In this document: in pieces, positions 1 through 14,670 of the stretch
How positions within the stretch are numbered: position 1 is the first letter of the stretch
Layout of the letters: each line of letters starts with the position of its first letter
From: the human T2T-CHM13v2.0 reference genome, Homo sapiens
NCBI RefSeq assembly: GCF_009914755.1
Contig: NC_060928.1
Length of the DNA: 64,000 bases
Strand: one strand, 5' to 3'
Program-made: the position numbers and the translations under genes
The notes under the pieces: model-generated
The model's input: the letters and a program-made list of their open reading frames with translations, nothing else
The model's database searches: none
Told to the model about the DNA's origin: nothing

Positions 1-417
1 AGGTACAGAATTAAGTGTCTTGCCCATGCTTAAATAGCTAGCTATATTTAGAACCTTGGTCTCTGGTCCCAAGATCAATAATTCTTACTGATTTCCATTA
101 GATATGTGGTAGCTCAAGTTAAGCTAAAACACGAGACATTGTTAAAGAAGAAAAAAGTGTTATATTTTGCAAAAAGTATGTATGTAAATTACAAGTAAAT
201 CTTGATTATTCAGTTTATTGAATCGTTATTTTAGGTCCATATTAACTATGCTTCTACTACATCTGGGAAATCTGAGGCAAAGGCCTGGTGATGGGGGAAA
301 GGTGACAGAAACTGAGAAAATTTTAGGTTAAAAAAACAATCAATTGAGAAATAAGTCACCTCCTATGTCCCAATATCTGCGAAATGCTACCAAGGGCAAA
401 CAAAAACATTGCAATTA

Positions 418-930
<513 letters not shown>

Positions 931-2798
931 CAAAGACAAGAAACAAATAGAAAGCAATACTGGACTATATATCAATTGCCAAATTGGGTGGAGTGAGTCA
1001 GAAAATGGAGAAGTTATTTTAATAGTCTGGGAGTTCATAAATGACATGGTCTTGCTTCTGTGTTTAAAAAACAGAAGTTTGATAAGTGTTGAGAGGGAAG
1101 AAGGAAATTACCACCTGTGGACCTGAGATGTAAATGGAAATACGACTATTATTAACTTGCAGGATTAACAGCATCTATTAGACTTCTAATCACTGGTCTT
1201 ACAAGGTTCATTAGGGGATAACCCATGTGATAACAATTATTTCTCCTAACTGAAACATTTAATACTAGAGTTAAAATGTTATTTAACATATTGTTAAATT
1301 TCTTCAAAATACCTCCTGTCATGACTCATCATTCCATCTTAGGGCATTATGTGTCTTTCTGTACTAGGAGAACTTTACTGTGTGGGTGTGAAGACTGTTG
1401 ACTTTTTATTTTAGTTACAAACACTGACAAACAAGGGGACTTTCTGTTTGAACAGGCATTCACACTAGAAATCATACATACAAGCAAGTTGTACTCCTGA
1501 ATACACAGCGCAGGGAAATGGTGTATAAAACATTCATTGAAATTGTATATTCCCAGAAAAAGTTAATGAAAAAACAATCCGAAAAGTTACTCGGGGCAAC
1601 AGGTGAGTACACAATTCACCGATTCTTGCCAACATGTGACTGAAAGAACCTGTCCTATTCAAAAAGGTATAGCTCACTAAGAAAATTTTCATCTTGTTCT
1701 ACCCCAGCCCTTTCTCCCCACACCTCTACTGTCTGGCCCCCAGACTCAAAGCCTCTTTTCTAAAGAACAGACTTCACTATAGAGCATTTTGAAGTCTCAG
1801 AAACCGTTCATCAGGTACAGAGCTAGGTGACTATGGAAGGGTGACTGTAAAACTAGAAGGTATGTGAGATTCGATAACACAATATAAGGTACGGTCCTTT
1901 TGAAAAAACAAGCATATATTTTATGTGTGTGCGCACTGTGTATGCATAGAGAAAAGCCTAGAAAAATATATTAAAATATATTAAATATATATATATATAT
2001 AAAATATAGTAAAATGCCAGCCAACATTTGGCTGGCAGATACAGAAAGTCCAGATTCATACTTACTGCACTTTTTAAAATATAGGCATCTCTTCTCATCA
2101 AGCATCTTACTAATTTTCCAGAAGAATTCAAAATGACAAGGCATAACTTGAACCAATCTTTTAAAACTCTAGTTATGAATCAAAGTCTGTGAATTCAAAC
2201 TGATTTCACTAATTCAAAAATATTTATTGAGTACCTATTTTGTTTTGGTGCTAGGCCAGTGAGAAACAAAAATAACACTGGATTCTTGCTCTAGAAAGTG
2301 TGCCTCATGGTGATCTTTAATCAATTCTTTGTTTTTATGTAGCTTGCTTGTTCTTTAAGTATTCAAGTGTTTGACATAGCTGTCAAGTGAGTAGGGAAGA
2401 ACATAGTAATCAGGCCCCCACTACATTTTAAAAAGAGGATTCTATTCATTTTTAAAACATTAATTTAAATTTTAAAGTACTTCCTATATACATATATATA
2501 CTTTAACAAATTACATTATTTGCTTTAAAAAAAAATCAAGAATTCTATGACTAGCAAATACTTACATGATTCCCTACCTGTTTAGGAGATTCCAAAAGAC
2601 TCTGAAGGTCAATAAATATTTTCAAGACAACTTAACTTGAAAAGGTATCTGAATGTATATTTGTCTTTTATGTGCAGTGAACTGTAAGACTGATAGTTAG
2701 AAGCACTTTGCTATCTTCTCAACATTCTCATAGAAATATTTTATTTACAGATTCACTTTCTTAAAATTTATTTTAGCACATGATTTAAAAAATATTTA

Positions 2799-3223
<425 letters not shown>

Positions 3224-3676
3224 TCATAAGTTTCCCACCAGTTGCATGAAGGCATGGTATGTAATGATGGAATGATGACTATTAAACAAATATGAATTAT
3301 AACTAAAATTAAGAACTGCTCCTGATATGAACAAGTGCATATAGCTGTGGTCTGTTACGAACTGCTACATGGTAAATTGAGACCACTTTTTAAAGCTAAA
3401 TCTTAGATTTCTTAAAATCTAAGTTTATGAGTCAATGTATGTTCATAATTATACAATATGAAAAAATCCTATGAGGAATAGTCTAAATCTACCCAAAAGA
3501 ATATCAATTCAAAGCTAGCAAAAGGATGCTGAACTTTAGTGTAATCTTAAAATTCCAGTATTTTTTAGTTCATGAGATGATAAAGAAGACACACACATAT
3601 TCCTTTCTTCATTTTAAACCTTTCCTTTAAAGTCATTCCAACAACAGACAACTTAGCATATTAAAAAAGAACTTAG

Positions 3677-4003
3677 GGCCGGGCGCAGTGGCTCATGCCT
3701 GTAATCCCAGCACTTTGGGAGGCTGAGGCAGGTGGATCATAAGGTCACGAGTTCAAGATCAAGTTCACCAGGCCATCACCTGGCCAAGATGGTGAAACCC
3801 CGTCTCCACTGAAAATATAAAACAAATTAGCCAGGCATGGTGGTGGGCACCTGTAATCTCAGCTACTTGGGAGGCTGAGGCAGAGAATTGCTCAAACCCG
3901 GGAGGCAGAGGATGCAGTGAGCCAAGATTGCACCACTGTACTGCAGCCTGGGCAACAGAGTGAAACTCTCTCTCTCAAAAAAAAAAAAAAAAAAAAAACA
4001 ACA
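3677..4003 (+). mobile_element. AluS element
   Basis: ggccgggcgcagtggctca...poly(A); probable TSD aagaactt on both sides. Confidence 0.93.
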
Positions 4004-4849
4004 AGAACTTGGAATAGTTTTCAAGAGAAGATAAATGAAGATATGTTAATCATCATGATCACAACATAAACAGCAAAGATTAAAATTAAGTGGTATTTTC
4101 CAAGATATTTTTAGTCACCTGACTTTTATTAAACCATTGCAATAAACAGATTTTGTTAGACTAAGATGTAATTTACCCCCTACCAATCCATTTATTTCAA
4201 AGACTTTAACTTTGTGAGATTCACAATATTTGTTTATCATTTATAGGTAGCACAGAAAAAGCTAGTGACTGAGAGCAATTCATGTGAGCCTCTAACTCCA
4301 AATTCCATTATAATATTATCAGTCTCATCCAAATGAATCCTGAGTCATATAATGATTCTCCATTTTCTAAACAATAAAACAAGAGGGAGAAAAAATTAAG
4401 CAGTGATTCAAATGTTATATTTTTAGATCTAGATCTACCACATTTTAGAAATATTTGTCCAGGGTTACTAAAAGCCAAGCACTAAGCAAAAAAGATGCAA
4501 AATTGAGCAAGATGTAATATCTATCCTGGAAGCACTCCCAACTCAGGAGGGAAGGACAGGCAAGTCAATAAAAAATGACAAATCCATTTGACTAATAAGT
4601 GAAACTGCTTAATTTGTATGACAATATATACAACTAGAAAGAGGAAGAGATAATATTTTCAAGAAATGCACATGGCAATATTTTAAACCAAATGTATACA
4701 AGAAAAATAAACACTAGATTTTAAACTGACCTGAATGCTCTTTCAGTGCCCACTATCAAAGATGCTGCAAACTTTATTCCAGTTTGAATAAGCAACTCCT
4801 TTTCAAAAAGATGTTTTCTTAAGAATACAATGTATACAGGGAAGGAAAC

Positions 4850-5030
4850 TCACTATATGTCAGGCACTCTTCCTAGGTGTTTTTCTTATATTAATTCAAT
4901 GAAACGGTTTAACAACTTTCTGCAGAAAGTACTATTATTATCTCTATTTTACAGATGAGGAAAGAGGCACAGAGAGTTTTAAGCGACCCCAAGGTCACTT
5001 AAGGTAGATGGGATTTGAACCTAAGGAAGT
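4850..5030 (-). mobile_element. MIR
   Basis: MIR core attttacagatgaggaaa...gaggcacagagag...aaggtcac...ggatttgaacc. Confidence 0.75.
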
Positions 5031-6059
5031 CCTGGTCTTCAGTTTACAAAAAAATAAAAATAGGGTTCTCTATATACAAAGCAAGAAATATTGGCAGTTT
5101 AAATATCTCTAAGATGTTTTCTTAGTTATTTCAGTATGCAAATGTGTGATGTGAATATGAAATCCACACTAGAGCCACTGCAGACTTGCAGAAAGAAGAG
5201 ACGGACTATGCAGCTAATTGTGTACTGTGATACACTTTATTTCTGGGAATTCACCAGGAGCAGCTTGACAACAAGTTAATACACTACTGCCAGTGGCTCC
5301 GCTTGGTTAAGAACTGCTCTTATAATCTGTGACATTATATTGAGGCCAGGCAGTCATCAGTGGGCATACTGGAAGAAACACAACAACAAATGGGTTTTGC
5401 TTCCTTTTCCCAAACCCTCTCAGGACTTCTATGTCTTACTCTCCTTCCTTCATGTCCTGCTTTATTTCCCTAAAATATGAAATAAAAGAGAGCTGAAAAC
5501 ACAAACATCAAAGGATCTCCATTGCAGTGTCCTTTCAACGAAGCTACTAGGTTTTTTCCTCCTTACCAAAATGATTTGAACCCTATGGAAAACTGGCAAA
5601 AGTTATGAATCATAATATTTATGAAAGAAACTGCTTCAAATGTTCTTTGTTGATTACTCAAACCCAAATACACTTAATAAGGGACTATGACTTCTTCATT
5701 GAAAATTTTTTTAGTACACAGCCTAAAAATACTTGACTTACTAACCAAGTAGTAACAAATACACAGGATTTTCCATCTGAATACATAGAGCACATGCTTT
5801 TCAATATGTGGCTATCATTTGGGCCCTGTTTCTTAACTTCATTACATAAGGCCTTTTTTAAAGAGCCAATCCATCTTCATTAATTGTCCATTTGATCCAT
5901 GTATGGTTATCATTCCTAACAGTGAACATCTGTATTGAAACATATGTATCTCTGTGATTCTACCCTACACTTTGTCTCAAGTATCTCCATAATTATATTC
6001 TACCTAATATACATAATTACAACACATGCAGATTTACATGGTTATTTCAGTCTGCCACA

Positions 6060-7145
6060 GATACTCCCATTCATTCAATATAATAGTTACTTAGTTGCCT
6101 AACATAAGCTAAACTAAGTCTTGTGTCTGTTTCATGGCTGGAGTTCACAGCATAGTGGGCAAGATAATGAGACAAAACAAAGCAAAACTGCAACTGTGGT
6201 AAATGCTGCAGTGTTCGAAGAGTGTTAAGAATGGTGAGGTTTCCACCTAGTCTGTGGGTTCACAGAAGGCATCTTCTCGCTGAATGAATGACTGAGCTAG
6301 GTTCGGAGCAGGGAGGGATAACCACCTATAGCTAGAGGACACTGAACAGAGGTAGGATGGCAGGTGTAAGATGAGGCTGAAGAAGTAGACAAGGGATACA
6401 TTACCCAAGACCTCAAAGGATTTTGGGTTTTACCATAAGAGTAATGAAAAGCTAATGCTGCATAGTAGTTAAGAAAAAGATATAATCAGATGTTATTTCT
6501 TGAAAAAAATCATTCAAAGTGTAATGCTGAAAATAGAATGGCAGTGATTGAGAGTAGATGTGGAGAGACTGTGTGAGGAAGTTATTCCACTAGACCAGGC
6601 AAGAGATAATGATGGCTTCGATTAGCTAGGTAGAAACAGAGATGCATAGGAGTGGGCAGTTAAGAGACATTTAGGACATCAAACTGATAGGATAGTAACA
6701 GATGGGTCATGCATGGCAAGTAAAAAAGAGGAAGGTATCAAAGATAACACCTGTTTTCTCACTTGTGCAATTGGATAACAAGGACTGGGTTAGTTGGTTG
6801 TTTTTTGTTTTCTGGGGGCCAGGGGTGAGGAGGATCTTGAGATATCTTGGAGATAACTGGGTATCCAAATCTCATGCTCCAACTGGTTCTGGCCCAGAAG
6901 AAAGGTCTGGGTTGGAGATGAAAATATGTGAATTATCTGTATACAGGCTATCTCTGATTTCCCAGTGCTTGAAGCCAACACCTTGTTACAGTGTGAGCAC
7001 ATTAAATATTTGTCTGTCTTCTCCAATAGACTGTAAGTTCCATGAGGGCAGTATTTTTATTCTGTTTTGATTCTTGTTGTATCTCAGCTCCTCACATAGT
7101 TCCTGCATATAGTAGGGTACCAATAAAAAATATTTATATGAGATA
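6060..7145. mobile_element. Degraded L2 fragments
   Basis: L2-like cattcattcaa start, purine-rich body, and 3'-end motif tagactgtaagttccatgagggcag...atagtagg...caataaa. Confidence 0.65.
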
Positions 7146-7704
7146 ATTAGCCACACAAGACATACCCTAATCAACAATGGTAGAGCTACAGAAATAACAA
7201 CAGAAAACCATTAATTTTGAACACAATTTTAAAAACTCATAATTTTCTAAATAAGAAATGATGATGTAGGTGAAAAATACATTTTACAGGTTTATCATTT
7301 TATAATTATACTGTCTATTGTTTATAATACTTAATATATTTCCCCCTCAGGGAAAAGTCATAAAAGCATTTCTACATATTTATCAGTCATACAGTCCAAA
7401 TACAAATTAAATTGGAAGAAAATAAGTTTGATGAGCAATAAAAATGCAACTTCACAGTTTAGGACTTCTGTACCTTTAAAATGCCCAACAGAATCTAAAC
7501 TTTCACTATTAAAAGGAATACACAGTTTTAGCAATGCTTGTTAAAGTACACCACTTCTCACAGGTCTCATTTAAATCATTTTATTTATTCATAGTTATTA
7601 ACTTCACAGACAGTATTTTGTACCTCCATTTTACTGACAAGAAATCTGAAGCATGAGTTTCTGAGTTGCCAAAAGTGTTGTAACTTATACTAGCTTTAAA
7701 AACT

Positions 7705-8430
7705 AAATGTAAATCAAAACCACAATGAGATACCATCTCACACCAGTTAGAATGGCGATCATTAAAAAGTCAGGAAACAACAGGTGCTGGAGACGATGTG
7801 GAGAAGAAATAGGAACTCTTTTACACTGTTGGTGGGACTATAAACTAGTTCAACCATTGTGGAAGACAGTGTGGCGATTCTTCAAGGATCTAGATACTAT
7901 TTGACCCAGCAATCCCATTACTGGGTATATACCCAAAGGATTATAAATCATGCTACAATAAAGACACATGCACACGTATGTTTATTGTGGCACTATTCAC
8001 AATAGCAAAGACTTGCAACCAACCCAAATGTCCATCAATGATAGACTGGATTAAGAAAATGTGGCAAATATACATCATGGAATACTATGCAGCCATAAAA
8101 AAGGATGAGTTCATGTCCTTTGTAGGGACATGGATGAAGATGGAAACCATCACTCTGAGCAAACTATCACAAGGACAGAAAACCAAACACCGCATGTTCT
8201 CACTCATAGGTGGGAATTGAACAATGAGAACATTTGGACACAGGGCTGGGAACATCACACACTGGGGCCTGTCGTGGGGTTGAGGGATGGGGCAAGGATA
8301 GCATTAGGAGAAATATCTAATGTAAATGACAAGTTAATGGGTACAGCAAACCAACATGGCACATGTATACATATGTAACAAACCTGCACGTTGTGCACAT
8401 GTACCCTAGAACTTAAAGTATAAAAAAAAA
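7705..8430 (+). mobile_element. 5'-truncated L1PA (ORF2 C-terminus + 3' UTR + poly(A))
   Basis: aaatcaaaaccacaatgagataccatctcacaccagttagaatggcgatc...gtaccctagaacttaaagtataaaaaaa; ORF MFIVALFTIAKT..QPKCPSMIDWIKKMW is L1 ORF2p. Confidence 0.96.
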
Positions 8431-11400
8431 CTAGCTATACTTGTATACATTTCATATATATTATATATATTCACATATTTTAATCTCTATGAAAAGAACA
8501 AGTTCTATTTCCTTTAAAATTAAATTGAATACTACATATGTTACACAAAATTGCCTAGCTTTATTTTGCTTCAGTTGCTTTTCATCAGCATCTCCCATTG
8601 AGAGAGGATATATCAAGAAATACTAGTTAATAAAAAAGGGCCAAAAAGACTAAGATCCCACTAAAATACTCTAATAAAAATGATGGTTATTTTAATTATA
8701 CTTCATTCACTTTGGTTTTGTGAATATGCAAAATATGCAAGAAATATTTTTAACAATAGATACATTTCTGGGCATACCATTCACTTCTAACTTTGTATGC
8801 AGATAAAACATTCCTCGACTTAATCTTCAACGTAGTCAACACTATACACACTGATATCTAAATCTTTAGTTTTCACTTTCTAATAAATATTCTAATATAC
8901 AGAAACTGAAGAATGTTATTACCATTTTCACAAAGCATCTACATTTTTGTATATAGATGTAGACATTTTAAGTAAATATATTTAAGACTACGACAACACA
9001 AGTTGATGATACTAGGTGACAGTATTAATGCTTTTAAAATTATACTAAAGAAAAAACATACTAATATAAAGAAGAAAAAAACTGGTAAGTTTTTTTTGGA
9101 GGAGGTATGGTTTGCCATTTATTACTTTTTTTTTGTAAGAGTCGATTAATATTCTAAAAAGGTCTACGAAAAAGCTGAACAACCTCTCAAGCTCTGAATC
9201 CATGGCACTGACCTTAGGACTTTCTCAGAATGATTTTTAACGCACTCTGTTATTAGTAAAACCTGTTCAAACACATGCCCCATCTGCCAGCACCCCATCT
9301 GCAAGAGAGCTTCTTATTCTTGTAGACAGTACAACTTCTGCCTGTTTCCTTCTCTTCTCTACATACCAGCTGTATGGTAATGAGCATGAGCAGCTGAAAA
9401 ATACTGCATTATAACAAAGCTAATATGAAAACAGCAGAATAGGACTTCCCTTCAATGAAGCAGTTGTAGCATGAACATAGCTGATAAGCTATTAAATAGA
9501 GGTAGGGGGTGGTTAGAATTTTACTTCTATGTGTGTGGGATGCCCGTGTGTGCGGATGCATGCATGTGTGTGTGTTAAATATGGAATTTCTGTATAACAC
9601 AGAAATAACAAGAACCAAGAGAAGCACAGGGTACTAAAGAAAGGTCTAATTTTCTAAGTACTTTTGTTAAAATTTGTGAATCAGTTCTTTAAATGTTTTA
9701 AGTCTCAATTCTTATGTAGTAATGATATATCAGGTACCATTTTGACAAGACAGTTTTCAAATTTGTTAAAAAGTATGTTACATTTCTTAATTACCAAATT
9801 TTGGGGGCTTCAGTAGGAAAATGGTGTCAGAACTTAAAATTATAATGGAAACTATATACTAGACATTTTAGCAGCTAACATAATATGTAAATCAATAACA
9901 TGTATTTTTAATTCTTATATAGCGATTTTAAAAATTCCAATTTAATGACATTTGAAACCAACACATTTATTCTGAACATCTGAGAATCTCCAAACAAACT
10001 ACCAAGATGTCACATATGCTTTTCTTCATGTAGGGAGACATAATGGGGTTAATTTTTACATATATGATAGTCGCACTGAATGAATCTACATAATGTAAGT
10101 AGAACCAAATCACATTAACTTTTTATGCATGGTATCTTTCCACTCAGAGAAGATTAAAAGTCACTCAGGAAACTGTTTAAGAAAAATTATTCAAAATTTA
10201 TGCTGTGCATCTTCTTTTACCACTTGAAGAAACTAAAAATGAAAAAAATACTCAAAATCTCTATCATAAGTACTATTACATCAGGAGAATTAATTATAAA
10301 TTTTACCAACACATCTAAAAATGTCTTATGAGGGCTTCATAATAGTTACAGAACTCTTGTACATAACCATGCTTTCCATGGGTTATTTCATTTTATCCTT
10401 ACAACAACCCTCTGTAAAAGGTACTACTATTAGCTCTTCACAGATAAGGCTTAGTAAGTGGTACAGCAAAGAACTTAAACCCAGGTCCAACTGACCCTAT
10501 AATCCGCGCTCTTAGGCACTCTGCTTTTCTGATATGAACTCCACGAGGGTGATGGCTGGGATGTTTTGTTCACTGTTGTACTCTAAATGCCTAAAGCAGT
10601 CCGTGGCTCATAGGAGGTGTTGAATAAAGTGAATACATAGATGGAAGAGATAACTGCTCAGTTGTCTTCTTTTAAATATTAAGTCGGGGGAAAAGTTACT
10701 ATATTTTGTAATAAAGTTTGTAATAACCTTAACCATTTTGACACGAAAAAAAGATGTACCAATTAAAGAATCTTAAAAATAAGACTGTTCGGTAATCTCA
10801 GTTTTGTTCACTTGTCATATTGAAAAATTAAGACTGTAAAAATTATCATAAACATTCATTTTGAAAGGATGACACAGAGTAAGGGCAAAACTGCACTGAT
10901 CTTGGTATTTTCCGGTTTTTATGAATCCATTTATTCTCATTTTTATTGTCAGACAATAAAAATGCATTTTTCCTTTTAACTAAACATATTCCTTGACTTC
11001 AAATATAAATCAGGGCCAAGAGCTTTCATAATATAAGAGATTTTGTATAACACATGTAAGAACATGAACTGAAAGAATAGTTCCAACTTAATGAAGCAGT
11101 ACCAACCATCCTTTAAAAAAGCAAGATATAGTTATGTTATCTTAGAGAAGAACAAACTTCTAACAGTAACACAGATTTTTAAAACTCACAAATTCAGACA
11201 AGATTTACAAAAACAGTACTATACTGCCCCTACATGTTCATATTAGTAGCAACAGTGACATTTTAAAATCTAAAGTGATAACGCAGAGATTTCTATGGAT
11301 TATTGAAAAGCTGTTTAAGCTGAAATTGTTCCCAAGTGAACTGTATGAAATCACCCACACATAAAAATGTAATTAAATAGCTCATAAGTTTCAATTTTCA

Positions 11401-13479
11401 TGTTCAAGACTAGCAAAGGAGAAGAAATTTAAGAAAATCCCATTCAACATTACCATAAATTTTCTCAAATCCTCAAAACAGATTTTCCCATCATTATATG
11501 AGGATACCACAAAATAATCATAAACAAATGGCTAATTAGCCATGTGCTTTTGGGATAAATATTTAACCTTTTCTGTCTCTTTTATGTATGGGGTGGGGAG
11601 TGCTACCTTTACTTGAGGAAGAAAGTTCAAATTAAAAGTCTTGATTTAGTTGTGAGTAAATTCCTAATGAATGCAAACATGGAATTCCACTATAAAATTA
11701 ATGTTTCAAGTTAATTATATCAAAATATTACATGTATAGTGGATCACTGCAATGTTTTTAGCATTATCTACACTTGGAGGTGCTACTTTCAATGGCCACT
11801 TTCAACTATTCTCTCTCTCAAAGAAAAACAAATATGCAAATAATGCCAATGTAGTAAGATGTACGTTTGAGAAATGATGGCTCTCCTAAGAAGAAAAGCC
11901 TGCTATTTTATGGTTCGATAGCTCTGAAAAATATTCAGTATAGAAAAACAGAATTACAAAAACAGTATTAATATTTGAGAAAGACTCACTGCTTCCCCCA
12001 TTCCTAAATTGCAATGAAGTTTATAAATATATAAACACAAGACACTATCAAAGTCACAAAAGAAAACTTTATTAATCTAAGATATTGACTTAAAAAAACC
12101 CTACTTTAATAATTTTACCCTTCATATTTTAGGAGTAAAACACTATATATACAAATAAAGAGACGTGCTGCATCAGCAGGTACTTGTGAAAGGAAATAAC
12201 TGAATTGAAACTGCTAACATTTAGAATGTCATCAACTTTACCAAAAATGCTGGGCCTTTCCACTATTATTTCTATAGTAAAATTAATATCATCTTTAAAA
12301 ATCTTAAATTATATCTACTGTTATTTATACCAAAATATAACACAAATATATCTACCATAAATTTTATCTACCATTATATAACTAATTTATATGTGAGATA
12401 CATGCTAGTTTCTGCAACCTTCCATAGTGGCATGGAAAAAGACAAGAAGTCTAATTCTGATCCAGGAATAATTCAGAAAGAAATCACTAAGCTGTGCCTG
12501 ATAGAATTATTAAAAACACCAAAAGAAAGTTGTTTCACAAAAATATTTAAAAAGGGAGTTAAATGGAATCCTATTTATCATTTCAGAGCATCAAAATAAT
12601 ATTTTGCTTGTAATAGATACTATCTAACAGTATTTGAAAACCGGCAGATTATACATTTCAATAAGGCCACTAACTTAATTCTATCAAATCAGGTAAATTG
12701 TATGTACATGTATGTAGTTATGTATACATATGAAAAAACTATAATACAAATTATCACCAAATGATTTAGAAATGAAAAGTGTATAATTTAATAAAGGAGT
12801 CTGATGACACACTGTATGTTGGCACAAACTGCCTCTTGCCTTGGAGGACTTCTCAGGACCGCTAAAATGTTGAAAGGACTTTTTTTCCTGTTTTGTTCAC
12901 TAATGTATCCCAAGTGCCTAGAACTGGGCCTGGCTATTAGCAGATGCTTATTTGTTGAATAAATTAATTAAGCCATGTTCATCTAATTTTGATATGTGAC
13001 CATGAAATGTGGATGATGAGACAAGTCTCTCAGAGACATGAAGGCATTTGTGGATTCCTTAAGGGAAAGGTGTGCTGTCTTATTCATCTTTGTAACAGTA
13101 GCAACACACACAGAGAGTATGCATACTATATATCAGCAGATTAAAATTAATTTTGTGGTGTTAATTTCCCATGGAAATACTGGGACAATTAAAAAAAATG
13201 TGGTTGAGGTTCTCTACACTCATTTAAAGAATAAGTCTATTAGCATGAGCTGTATTTTAATCACTGAAGAAAAGTAATATAAAAGCTCCAAACTATCATT
13301 GTATTATATGGTTATAATAGCCTATAATTAGGTTAATAAACTTTAGGTACTCATCTATATATGTATGTTTTAAAGTATTTAATATGCATGTACTCAGAGA
13401 CTTAAGATAAAGCTTAGACTACTCTGACATTTCAAAGTGTGTTCAGTTTTTTATGAGTGGGTGACAGTTGTAAAACTCT

Positions 13480-13765
13480 AAGGTCTCTGGATTTAGTTCC
13501 ATGCTCTTGGAGACAGCTGTGTTCCTAAATTCAGAATATTTTGAATTGTAGAAAGGTAACAGAGTGCATATACTATTTATTACAGAGCACTTCCAGTATA
13601 TCACACATTAGTGTTTCTCCAGCAAAATATATGAATATTCAGATAAATAATAAAGATGACTGTTTTATGTTAGTTTGGGTTAGGTTTTGCTACCTTTATT
13701 TTTAAATTTTCAGTTTTCAGAGCATGATGGATTTCTGCTTTGCAGACAAGGGACTGTGGACTTAT
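13480..13765. mobile_element. Old Tigger-family DNA transposon relic
   Basis: End motif tgcagacaagggactgtggac resembles Tigger-derived MITE termini; heavily diverged. Confidence 0.4.
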
Positions 13766-14289
13766 TTCACACTTGTTTACCTTGCCAGGAGCTTAGTTCC
13801 AAGTTTATTTTTAGCATATTTTTCATCTGTCTTCTATATTACAAGCCTCAACATTAAGTTAGTTTCTGTAAAACCTAACTTAGTTTATATTTACAAATTT
13901 AAATAGCCTTGCCCTTTGATGTCAAAATTATACAAATTGTTACCTAATTAAAAATTTGTTACATAAAAGACAAAATCATACAAGTTGTTTCCATAGTGTA
14001 GTTACAGATTTATAAATCATGTGCTAAGTCGCTTTGTACTCCTATCTGACAACTAGGGCACAACCCAATACTAAAACATCATCTGATGACAAAAACATAC
14101 AGAAGGCAGTATTATCAGTAATTAGATATTGAGACCATCATAAATTGTTGGGAAAGGTGAGAATTACACATTTAAAATTCCAAGATTATATGGCAAAAGT
14201 TAACCCTTAAAACATTTGGACACTAAGGGTCTGTTCAACAAATGCCTACTCCAGATCCGTTTCCTGCAGTGGCTGTGATGCTGGAATAA

Positions 14290-14670
14290 GACTGCTTGAG
14301 TTAGTGTCCTAGCTACATTACTTACTAGCTAAGGGGCAAGAACCTTCCTATGCCTGAGATTCCTCACGTGTAAAACAGGTAAAATACAATACAACGTACT
14401 TCACAAGGTGATTTTAAGGATTAAATGAGTTTATGTATAGAAAGTAACTAGAGTAGTGCCTCTTCTACATCCCAAATCATACCTTATTCTATTACCCTAT
14501 TTTACTGTCATCAAAATATTAACAGTAGTATTTATTTTCTGTCTCCCCAAACTACAATCTAAGCTCCATGAGGGCATGGCCTTTGTCTATCAAGTTCACT
14601 GTTATATCTACAGTTTCTAGGAAAGTTCTCTACTCTAGGTGCTCAATACGTATTTTTTCAACATTAATAA
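14290..14670 (+). mobile_element. MIR followed by L2 3' end
   Basis: ttcctcacgtgtaaaacagg...aaggattaaatgag (MIR); ctacaatctaagctccatgagggca...taggtgctcaata (L2). Confidence 0.65.
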
